A stretch of DNA of 64,000 nucleotides from Pirellulaceae bacterium. GTDB taxonomy: Bacteria; Planctomycetota; Planctomycetia; Pirellulales; Pirellulaceae. Location: assembly GCA_045565995.1 (NCBI GenBank), contig JBJLEF010000001.1:1590182-1654181 (forward strand), in the 5' to 3' direction. A model generated the notes under the pieces. The model was not told where the DNA came from, did not search any database, and was given only the letters and a program-made list of their open reading frames with translations. Below are positions 1 through 10,100 of this stretch, in pieces (the stretch's first letter is position 1; every line of letters begins with the position of its first letter). The translations under genes were made by a program, and so were the position numbers.

Positions 1-128
1 CCCCGTCTGGCGCACCTTAATGGAGTCCTGCAGGTGTTGTCTCAGTTGGCCGAAAAAGATCCGTCTTAACGTCGTTTACCACATTAAGACAATGTGGAAC
101 TGAAACGCTGGAAAGTTACTAGTCGTCT

Positions 129-989
129 ATGCTTGTCGAATTACTCAAAGTTCAAACAAGGGACGGAGTTCGATTGGACGGCGCGCTGAGTGCTGCAGCA
201 ACTTCTTCGAATGAGACTCTGGTGATTTTGCTTCATGGGGTCGGCGGTAACTTCTATGGTAGTCGTATGATGGCCGAATTAGTGACAGCGATTACTGGTA
301 CAGAGACTGATTGCCTGAGGGTGAACACGCGAGGACATGATTACTGTTACACCGGTATGAGTCGGATGGGAATCCGCAGGCTGGGAGCAGGATACGAGCG
401 TATTGAACAATGTATTCAAGATATCGACGCCTGGATGGAATGGGCAGCCTCGAGGTATGCAAAGGTTGTTCTGTTAGGGCATAGCTTGGGAGCTCTGAAG
501 GCAGTTTACTATCAACGTTACCAATGCCATGACTCACTGAAAAAAGTGATTGCCATTTCTCCCCCCCGATTGTCTTATAAGGCTTTTATGGAGGGCGAAC
601 GTAGCGCTGAATTTCGTCAGTCGATTGAAAATTCCCGAACAGCTATTAGGGAAGGTGAACCTGAGCGCTTAGTGGATGTCAGTGTTCCATTTCCACTTTT
701 GATCACGGCTGAATCCTATTTGGATAAGTACGGGGAACAGGAGAAGTACAACCTGGAACCCATGATTGATGGACTTTCGCTGCCCACAGATTTCATTTTC
801 GGTGGTCACGAACTGAAACATAGTGGAATCGTATTTGCGGGATTGGATGGCTCGCTCCGAGCGATTGCAGTCGAAGCGGGGCTCGAACAACAGATTACTG
901 TCCGCGTTATTGAGGAGGCGGATCACATGTATTCGCAACAAGTACCTCAGTTAGCTGCCGCTGTCCTTCCCTTGATTCACCAACACTGA
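129..989 (+). CDS. alpha/beta-fold serine hydrolase (esterase/lipase-like)
   Basis: The 286-aa ORF contains 'LLHGVGGNFYGS' (oxyanion/HG region) and 'LLGHSLGA' (GxSxG nucleophile elbow), with a late 'EEADHMY' His. No signal peptide is evident. Confidence 0.6.
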   Translation: MLVELLKVQTRDGVRLDGALSAAATSSNETLVILLHGVGGNFYGSRMMAELVTAITGTETDCLRVNTRGHDYCYTGMSRMGIRRLGAGYERIEQCIQDIDAWMEWAASRYAKVVLLGHSLGALKAVYYQRYQCHDSLKKVIAISPPRLSYKAFMEGERSAEFRQSIENSRTAIREGEPERLVDVSVPFPLLITAESYLDKYGEQEKYNLEPMIDGLSLPTDFIFGGHELKHSGIVFAGLDGSLRAIAVEAGLEQQITVRVIEEADHMYSQQVPQLAAAVLPLIHQH

Positions 990-1217
990 ATCGCAGGTAA
1001 TGAGATCCCGCAAAATTTCTCTTTGATGGATGGTCCTACGATGACAGCTTTTACTGCATGCTAGCTTCTTAACATTTCTATCAAGTTGCATCTGTCTCGC
1101 GTCCGAACTATTGGACAAAGTTCTCCTTGCCTACCTGGTAAGCGGGGAGGTTTGGGAGTTGTCGGGTATTGAGTTTCGGCAGTTTTGAGAACTTAGGTTG
1201 TTCGTCTAGGGAGAGGT

Positions 1218-1745
1218 ATGTCGTCTAACGATTCAAAAAGCCAGATTTCTTTAGGATTTTTGACAGTGGTAGACAGTGGGGACACTGGATGTGTTGGAGG
1301 TTATCTTATTTTGAACATGGGAGGTCGCCCTCTCGAGTTCCACTGTACTGCTCCTGTTCGCGCAAACCGCGCACAGCAGATTCTCTATGGGGAATCACTC
1401 GCGCCGTTTGTCTTTGGTGAATTGATTGCACGTGCGTTGATTGATAAAGCCGCAATCAAGCCCAGTGTTGTTTTTGCTGATCAGGCTGAAACGCTCAGCG
1501 TTCAGGGTGTCACACAATTACCTGTTGTGCTATTAGGGGGCCCAACAGAAAGTGCACGCACAGATCTACGACATCATTTTCAGGTAGACAGATTTCACTT
1601 GGAATTGGCAACCCAATTTGAGGCTCAAGCAGAAACGCTCGCGCGCTACGTGCGACGCTTTGGTGAGACGATTGACTTAGATGAACCGTTTGGCCGGATT
1701 CGTGATGCGATTGAGGAGGCTCAGCGTGGTGCCCGGGCGGCGTAA
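1218..1745 (+). CDS. hypothetical protein (175 aa), same strand and immediately upstream of SNF2 helicase
   Basis: Clean 175-aa ORF with no recognisable motif. The 'GDTGCVGGYLILNMGGRPLEFHCTAPV' segment is unfamiliar. The gene ends 128 nt before the helicase gene on the same strand. Confidence 0.4.
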   Translation: MSSNDSKSQISLGFLTVVDSGDTGCVGGYLILNMGGRPLEFHCTAPVRANRAQQILYGESLAPFVFGELIARALIDKAAIKPSVVFADQAETLSVQGVTQLPVVLLGGPTESARTDLRHHFQVDRFHLELATQFEAQAETLARYVRRFGETIDLDEPFGRIRDAIEEAQRGARAA

Positions 1746-1785
1746 GGTGAGCAAAGTCAGGATTGCTCCTGCTCCACAAATGAAA

Positions 1786-1838
1786 CCACACATTCCACCA
1801 GAACACACATTCTACCAGAACACACATTCCACCATAAA
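1786..1838. repeat. tandem direct repeat (~2.5 copies of a ~19-nt unit 'ACCAGAACACACATTCY')
   Basis: 'ccacacattccaccagaacacacattctaccagaacacacattccaccat' lies in the intergenic space between the 175-aa ORF and the SNF2 start. Confidence 0.5.
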
Positions 1839-1872
1839 ATAGTACAGAAGTTTGTGATCGGAGGTTTTAGGC

Positions 1873-3762
1873 TTGGCAAATTGGCAAGCGAAAGAACGAA
1901 TGGCTAAGGCGATGACCGGTACGTTGCCGAAGTGGCGTGCTGCGCAAAGTGCCAATGATTTCCCCGAGGTGGTTTCCTGGATTAACCCCAAGGTAACGCG
2001 CGTTGCTGGTGCAGATTCGTTGCTGCCTAGCGTCGATATTTTTCCAACAGGATGGCAAACTGCACTGCAACGGGATCCGGCAGTGAAATCCCACAGGTTT
2101 GATTGGCGGGTTGAAACGCCTCCGGTTCTGACCGTCCCTGTAAACCCTCCACGGGTTAAAGTGATTGGTTTTGCATTCCCGGAATCAGCCAGTTGGGAGT
2201 CCTTCGCCCGTAAGGTAGATGAAAAAGAGCAGGGAAAAAGTAAGTCGGCACACAAACCAAAGGCAGTTACTAATAAGGTACGGGGGAAATCCGATAAACC
2301 GCGGGGGCGTACTCGCGTTCTTCCACCACGAGACATTATCAAACTCGAAGACCGACTTTATTATCTCTTGCAGCCGCCATTGGAATCTATTGCTGCGAAT
2401 GAATCGTTGCGTTTTCCGTTTGCGCCGTTCCCCTATCAGTTTGAAGGTGTGGCCTTCTTGTATTCCCGGTTTGCCGGAATTCTGGCAGATGAAATGGGAT
2501 TGGGAAAAACAATGCAGGCGATCACGACGATTCGCATGCTTCTTTGCTCGGGCGAGGTGCGTAATGTCTTGCTAGTGTGCCCTAAGCCGCTTGTCAGCAA
2601 TTGGAAGAAGGAGTTTGAGCTTTGGGCTCCCGAGATTCCTTTTAGTATTGTCCAGGGTAATTCCAGTCGGCGTGAATGGCAGTGGTCTCAGACGGCTGAT
2701 ATCCCGGTAACTATCGCTAATTACGAACTGGTGCTGCGTGACGAAATGGCAGTGATTAATGAGAACAGCCACTTTGATTTGGTCGTTCTGGATGAAGCTC
2801 AGCGGATTAAAAATAAGTCAAGTTCGACAAGCAAAGTCATTCGAAAGATCCCTCGAACTAGAAGTTGGGCTTTGACCGGAACGCCCGTGGAAAATAGTTC
2901 TGAAGATCTGGTCGGAATCTTTGAGTTTCTTTCGCCGGGGTATCTTTATACCGGTATGGAGCCAGCACGGATTGGCGAAATGGTGGGAGATTATATACTG
3001 CGACGAACCAAAGATGTGGTCATGACCGACATGCCTCCTTGTATGAATCGCGATGCGGAGATTGCGTTGAGTCCGGAGCAATGGGCTCAGTATCAAGTGG
3101 CTGAGAGTGACGGCGTCATCAAATTGAACAATATGGGGGGGGCACTGACAATTCAGCACGTTTTTGAGCTGGTGTTGCGGCTAAAGCAAATCTGCAACTT
3201 TGATCCATTGACCGGAGCGAGTTCGAAGCTTGATCGATTGGAGGCGGATCTGGAAGAAGTTGCCGCCAGTGGAAAGAAGGCGATTGTCTTTAGTCAGTGG
3301 GTAAAGACACTTGAAAAAATTGCGGAACGATTGGAGCGATTTAATCCTCTGCAATATCACGGTCGGATTCCATCAAATCAACGGGATCCTATACTTGATC
3401 GATTTAAGCAGGATCCGGATTGCAGTGTGATTTTGATGAGCTACGGAGCGGGAGCCGTGGGGCTTAATCTTCAGTTTTGTGAATATGTGTTCCTGTTTGA
3501 TCGGTGGTGGAACCCGGCAGTGGAGGATCAGGCAATCAATCGAGCTCATCGAATTGGTGCCAAAGGCGCGGTCACGGTCACGAGGATGATCAGTTCCGGG
3601 ACCATCGAAGAGCGTATTCACCAGGTGCTTGAAGAGAAAAGAGAGTTGTTTGACACTATCCTGTCGCAGGCCAAAGGGCCTTCCAAGTCAGGGTTGTCAC
3701 AAGACGATATTTTTGGATTGTTTCAGCTGAAGATGCCTGCCGCTCAAAGTGGGGGTGTTTGA
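1873..3762 (+). CDS. SNF2/Swi2-family DNA-dependent ATPase (helicase-like), ~170-aa non-helicase N-terminal extension with a basic K/R-rich patch
   Basis: Helicase motifs are present: Q/I 'FPFAPFPYQFEGVAF', Walker A 'ADEMGLGKTMQAI', motif II 'LVVLDEAQRIKN', 'LTGTPVEN', and a helicase-C block 'GLNLQFCEYVFLFDRWWNPAVEDQAINRAHRIGAKGAVTVTRMI'. Confidence 0.85.
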   Translation: MANWQAKERMAKAMTGTLPKWRAAQSANDFPEVVSWINPKVTRVAGADSLLPSVDIFPTGWQTALQRDPAVKSHRFDWRVETPPVLTVPVNPPRVKVIGFAFPESASWESFARKVDEKEQGKSKSAHKPKAVTNKVRGKSDKPRGRTRVLPPRDIIKLEDRLYYLLQPPLESIAANESLRFPFAPFPYQFEGVAFLYSRFAGILADEMGLGKTMQAITTIRMLLCSGEVRNVLLVCPKPLVSNWKKEFELWAPEIPFSIVQGNSSRREWQWSQTADIPVTIANYELVLRDEMAVINENSHFDLVVLDEAQRIKNKSSSTSKVIRKIPRTRSWALTGTPVENSSEDLVGIFEFLSPGYLYTGMEPARIGEMVGDYILRRTKDVVMTDMPPCMNRDAEIALSPEQWAQYQVAESDGVIKLNNMGGALTIQHVFELVLRLKQICNFDPLTGASSKLDRLEADLEEVAASGKKAIVFSQWVKTLEKIAERLERFNPLQYHGRIPSNQRDPILDRFKQDPDCSVILMSYGAGAVGLNLQFCEYVFLFDRWWNPAVEDQAINRAHRIGAKGAVTVTRMISSGTIEERIHQVLEEKRELFDTILSQAKGPSKSGLSQDDIFGLFQLKMPAAQSGGV

Positions 3763-3907
3763 GCTGAAATGAAAAATTTATGCGGTGTATGTTTTTGGCC
3801 TGAGCTGATATGGCAATAAAAATACGAATTGTCTATTATTACGAGGTATTTCTGCGGAATGGTCTGCGCAGAGATAACATTTTGAGCTTGAAATCTCGAG
3901 TAATGAG

Positions 3908-3919
3908 TTCCTTAAGGAA
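3908..3919. promoter_or_regulatory. perfect 12-bp palindrome TTCCTTAAGGAA in the 344-nt AT-rich leader of the giant gene
   Basis: Seen directly. A second short inverted repeat ACCAA-ttt-TTGGT lies at 3966..3978. Confidence 0.25.
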
Positions 3920-4106
3920 TCTTAGATTCGGTGTTTTCCTGCCAATAAATTATAAATCATAAAACACCAATTTTTGGTATTAGTTTTGTCCGTAGGTAAA
4001 ATCAACTGGTTACTGGGTCATCCCCTTTGTTAGATGGTTTGTTCAGTGATTTTGGTTTTCCTTACAGTAGAAACAGCTTGTTGAAGGCTGTATTAAAAGG
4101 CGTCAT

Positions 4107-7100
4107 TTGATGTTTAATCAAGAATCTAAACGTTCTCAAAAGAAATCGAATTCTATTTCATCGAAAAAGAGTTTTGATAGTAAGCGTAAGCTGTTCCTCG
4201 AGAACCTTGAAGATAGGCGGCTCCTGACCGTCGGTCCCCAGTTGATCGGTATTCAGCCCAACGATGGTGAGTTGTTACCGTTTAATTCGGAGCAAGCTTA
4301 CATTCGTGATACTGCACCGCGAGATTTGACATTTAGATTTGATGAAAATCAGGTGTTTAATTCGAATAATCTGGATGGAATCCAGATTACCCGATCTAAT
4401 ACTGATGGTGACTTTACCGCTGCGAGCGTCACGTCCGATTTTAATACCGGTGGTCTTGTGGAGGTGCAATTTACTGCTGCCAAACTGGGAACCGAACAAA
4501 ACGACATCCAGTTAGTATTTAGCAAGCGAGATCAGGGTGGCGCAGGCGCTCCGGAGATTGGTGTTGTTGACAACCGAGTTGAAATCAGTCTGAATACCAA
4601 CCCGGGCAATGAGTCAACGGTTTCTGACCTGCTTACGGCACTGAACCAAAACGCTGATGCATATGCTTTGATTAGAGGTTCCGTCGTTTCTGGCGCAGCG
4701 GGAACGGACGTCGCCACCCCCTCCAATAGTTACTCACCACTGGTTACCGCTGGTGCTAATGATGTAGTGATACAACCCGGCTATATCGGAGTGGCCGATT
4801 CGCCGAACGAAATCATTGTTCGCTTTTCAGAAACCTTGCCAGATGACCTGTATCAGGTTGATGTGTATGGCGAAGGTAAAAATGCGCTTCGCAATAATCT
4901 TGGGATGGCTGTCAACGATGTGACTCTTGATAGTGTTGATAACGGCCAGGACATTTCAACACAATTTGAACTCGATCTGGGCGCTCAGATTATTTCGGTC
5001 GTGCCTCAGCCGATAACGCGTGCTCTCGACGGTACGCTGACACAAAACAAAGATCAGATTCTATTGTTTTTTAACAATGATGATCTTGATCCCGCTTCCG
5101 CACAGGATTCTGACTTTTACCAGTTGATTCGGACTAGTGATACAACGGAATCAACGGACGATGCAGGCTTTGTTTTTACTCCTGACACCGCTGAATATAA
5201 CGCTGAAACAGATGCCGTTCTTCTGACATTTGCCGCTGACTTGGATCAGTTGCCTGGCAGTGGGGCATTTCGTCTGCGAGTTGGTACTTCCGAAGCCTTA
5301 CCAGGAGCTGTCACCTCACTTGTGAGCGCTGATAGCCCTACAAATGATTTTGTAACAGCACAGGGGGTTCCCGCTGCAAGTCTGGAGTCAGGAGGTGTTC
5401 TGATTTCCGGTGAAATCATCGAAGATGCGAATTTTCCTATTGATTTACCGGGTGATAGTACTGATCCGGGACACCGTGAGATCAACTTGCTCGATCAACT
5501 ACATGTCCCGAGTGATTCGGCAGATTCAGATTTAAACATCTCGACAATAAAGTACTGCTTCCAGGATGATCTGGGAATTGTTCCCGGGGATACTGGTGGG
5601 CAGCCTGCGTACAATAATATTACCGAAACGCAGAAGCAACGCACACGCGAAATTCTTGAACAGCTTTCGAACCGAACAGGTGTCCAGTTTATTGAAACTG
5701 AAGGAGAGGGATTCATTGTCGCGACGGCTGATTTAGCTGTTATTGGCATGGTATCAGGTCCGGGTGGAGTACTAGGTGTTAATGGTCCAATCGTGGTCAA
5801 TGGGGTGCCCCGCTCACTCGTTATTATGGATGATGGTGACGAATGGACTGACGAATTTAATGGTTCTTGGTATCAGACGGCGATGCATGAAATCGGACAC
5901 CAGCTTGGCTTGACCCATGCCTATGATCTTCCAGCTCATACATTATTGGGGCAAGACGGTGTTGAACAGGCTCAGTATGGCCCAGCTTTACTCGAAGAAG
6001 ACTTTCCAGGTGATCACGATGAAGTGCACCTTAATCATCTTCATCGTCCTGAAAGTCGTGATATTGATTTATATGAATTTACTCTTACTGCGAAAGGGCT
6101 CTTTACAGCGGAGACATTTGCAGAACGACTGCGTGATTTTAATGAGGGTAATCTTGTACTAAACTCGGCTTTAACTGTCTTTAGGCAAAATGCTGATGGA
6201 TCTCATACAGTCATCGCTCAGAATGACGATTACTTCAGCGATGACTCCTACGTCGAGCTTAATCTGGATCCCGGCACCTATTTCGTAGGGGTATCCTCTA
6301 CCGGTAACACTGCCTATAATCCGACCATTCCAGATTCCGGATTCTACGGAACCTCTGCGGGTATTTATCAACTTAAAATGAACTTCCGATCGGATGTTGA
6401 TGTTGCCTCTGGGAATGTAATGATTGATGCAGACAATCCGCTAGATGCAAATCGCCCTGAAATCGAACTAACAGCTTTAGATGGGGATTCAGATGGTCTT
6501 CCGGGTGGCGTGTTCAATTTTTGGTTTCGTACCGCCGGAGAAACGGACGGCACTCACTCGTCAGGTGAATCTCGCACCATCTTTGTGGATAAATCTGCGG
6601 ATGATGGTGGTAATGGAACGTTGGCTTCGCCATTTAATAATCTTCTTGATGCACTTAATGTCAGTCCAACCGGTGTTCCAAGTTCAACGTCTAATCCTGC
6701 CAGCGTTCAGGAAGGCGATATTCTGCGTATTCTTAGCAATGCTGGTTCCGATGGAGACATTCGAACAGAGTTGGATAATCTTGCTTACGAAATCGGTTTC
6801 GATGATATGGGCAATACGTTGGATGATGGCGCCGTTTTGGAAATCCCGAAAGGCGTGATCGTACAGATTGATGCTGGGGCGGTAATGAAAATGCGTCGCA
6901 GTTGGATTGGTATCGGTTCGACATCGCCCGCTGAGGATCGTGACCGTAGTGGAGGCGCCATTCAGGTTCTCGGCGCCCCTAATTTTATCGATGAACTGGG
7001 TAATCTTGTTCCTCAAACAGGTGACTACTCAGATGCGACACCGCTTCAGGATCTGAAAGGCGAAGAGAATGAAAAAGCGGTTGTTCACTTTACCTCCTAC

Positions 7101-10100
7101 AATGATGAATCGCTCGGACTCGACACCTTTACCTTCGCCACGGAAGCAGTTGCCGGGGATTGGGGGGGGATTCTGATCCATCATGGTGTGGACGGAGCAG
7201 ATCAAACACGGGTCGATTATGCTAAGAATGGTATCTTTCTAAACCACATTAATCATGCTGATATTCGCTATGGTGGTGGCCAGGTGCTGGTAGAGTCTGT
7301 GTCACAGATTATTGATCCAATTGAAATTGTCAACGCCCGCCCAACGATTTCACACAACGAAATCGCCTACAGTCGAGATGCTGCGATCGCGGCTAGTCCG
7401 GACAGTTTTAAAGAATCGAATTTTCATTCTCCTGAGTATCAGGAAGAATTTACGACGAATCCGTTCACAGTGGATTACAAACGAATTGGGCCGGATATTT
7501 ACGGTAACCGCGTCCATGACAATACAACCAATGGCCTGGCAATCCGTGTCGGGACTTTGTCGGGTGACTCGACTCAGAAGCTAACCGTACCGGGTCGACT
7601 GGATGATACAGACATCACGCACATCTTGCAGGAAAACCTGGTCATTGAAAGTACACCAGGTGGACCATTTGAAGAGACTCTTAGTCAATCGCTACAGTTA
7701 GTGACACTGAGTCCTCGTAGTTTAGGGGCAGACGGCTCGTTAGCTGCTGGTACCTACACGTACAAAATGGTTTTTGTAGATAAAAACGGCAATGAGAGTC
7801 TGGCAACCGATGCATCGCGGTCGGTCACGATCAGTGGTTCGGAAAATGGAACTGAATTAAATCAGCTCTTAACGGCAAGCGGAGATTTTGTTGCTCGTCG
7901 ACTTTATCGTCACGACGGTGGGGTAGGAGCCTATCAATTGATTGCGACGATCAATCAGACGGATACACGATATGTAGATGATGGTACGACGCTCAATGGT
8001 GATCTCGACGAAACCGCAACGAGTAAACTGCGGCCTCGATTCGACGCACGCTTGGCGATCGACCCTGCTGTCGTGCTGAAGCTTGACGGAGCGCATATCC
8101 ATACGGAAGTGGGCGCTCAGATTATTGCCGAAGGTCGGGATGGGCACGAAGTCGTTATTACTTCGATTTTAGATGATCGGTATGGTGCTGGAAGCACATT
8201 TGATACTTCTAATGATGGTGCTCCGATTCCAGGTGGTGTCAATGAACCCACTCCTGGTTCCTGGGGTGGTATCTATGCGGCTGCAGAAAGTATCTTATCC
8301 ATCGATAACGCGGTTATCGCTTATGGTGGCGGTGTCACACCGATTGAAGGTACCTTTACTGCCTTCAATACTATCGAAGTTCAACAGGCGAAAGCTCGTA
8401 TTGCCAATAGTATCTTTGAATTCAATGCGGGTGGTTTTGGAGGACAGGCTCCGGCTTCCCGTTATGGTCGCGGAGTGAATGAAGAGAGTGTCATCTTTGT
8501 ACGTAGCGCGCAGCCCGTCATCGTTGGGAATACTTTCCGAAACAATGTCGATGATGATTCGACGACTCGTATTTCCGCGATCAGCATCAATGCCAATGCG
8601 TTAAACCATGAGTTGTTGTTTGATTATGGTCGTAGTACCGGTGAGGCAGGTGCTTTGGGTGGCTATCGGGATAATCACGGTCCGCTCGTGATAGGTAACC
8701 GACTTAGTAACAACGAAATTAACGGGATGGTGATTCGTGGTGAGGTTCTTACCACACAAAGTATTTGGGATGATACCGACATTACCAATGTGTTGTTTGA
8801 CACGATTATCGTGCCAGACTTCCATACGTACGGAGGGTTGCGTCTGCAAAGTAATCCTACGCAGAGTCTGGTTGTTAAACTCGAAGGTGGTAATGCCGGC
8901 TTTGATGTTACCGGCCGTCCGCTGGAGATCGAAGACCGGATTGGTGGAGCCATCCAGATTATTGGCCAACCTAAATCGCCGGTTGTGATTACCTCACTAA
9001 AAGACGATTCTGCCGGTGCTGGGATTCAGCCAAATGGTGATCCGATGGTGGACACTAATAACGATGGCGAATATAACCCGGCGGATTATGTAGATCAGAC
9101 AACGACCAGGATTAACATCAATTTTGGGCCGACGATGCAAAATAATCTGGCCGCGATGCAAACAGTGCAACGTGCGGCTGATTTCTGGTCCACCGCTTTA
9201 GCCGATGATGTCACTGTAACGATCGATGCTGAGTTTGCTGCATTAGGAGCAGGCGTTGCTGGAACCATGTCACCGGTCATGGGGAATATGCTTTATGACC
9301 AATTACGTGATGTGATGATTTCCGATGCTCAGGAACATGAGATTATCGTCGGTCAGTTGCCGGTTTACCAAGGATTAACTACGGATGGTGCAGATGTTTC
9401 GGACACGGTATCGGTAACGAGGGCCAACTTGAAGGCACTGGGGGTTACCAATTTGCCTGTTTCCAATAGCCTTTTTGGGACCGGCGCGATTGATGGCATC
9501 ATGAATATCGCAGATACCTACGATAATGCTGCAGCTGACTTCCTGCAGGTTGCCATTCATGAAATCGGACATGCACTTGGATTTGTCTCAGGTGTTGCAA
9601 ATGTAGATGCCGGGGCGAGTGTGACGAATCTGACCACGATGGATATGTTCCGTCTGGCTCCAGGGCAGGGAATTAATAATTTCACCGATGCCCCACGTAT
9701 GCTTGATCCAACCAAGGATCATGTTTTCTTTGACGGCGGTCACTTTAACCCAAGTCGCATTTCAACGATTGCCGGTCTAACTCGCGGCGATATTCCTCTG
9801 TCAACGGGTGAAGCGACGGGTGACGGCTGGCAGGCAAGTCACTTTAAAAACCGTAACCTGATCAATGGTGTCTATCTCGGCACAATGGATCCGGTCGTGA
9901 ATCCGGCTGCGACGGAAAATGCGAGTGAAAATGACAAACGTGTTCTTGACTTAATCGGTTGGGATGTGATCTATGCCGGACCTGCATCGCCTGGGGATTG
10001 GAATACCGTCTTAATCGATCAGTACGCACACGACCGCAATGTAAGTGTGACTGTTGAAAATGAATCCCGCGATGTGAATGCTCCGGGCCCAAATGCGACA

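Noticed and set aside
1510-2342. Minus-strand ORFs of 105 and 176 aa overlapping the 175-aa gene and the SNF2 start
   Set aside because: They overlap well-supported plus-strand coding sequence with SNF2 motifs and have no recognisable features.
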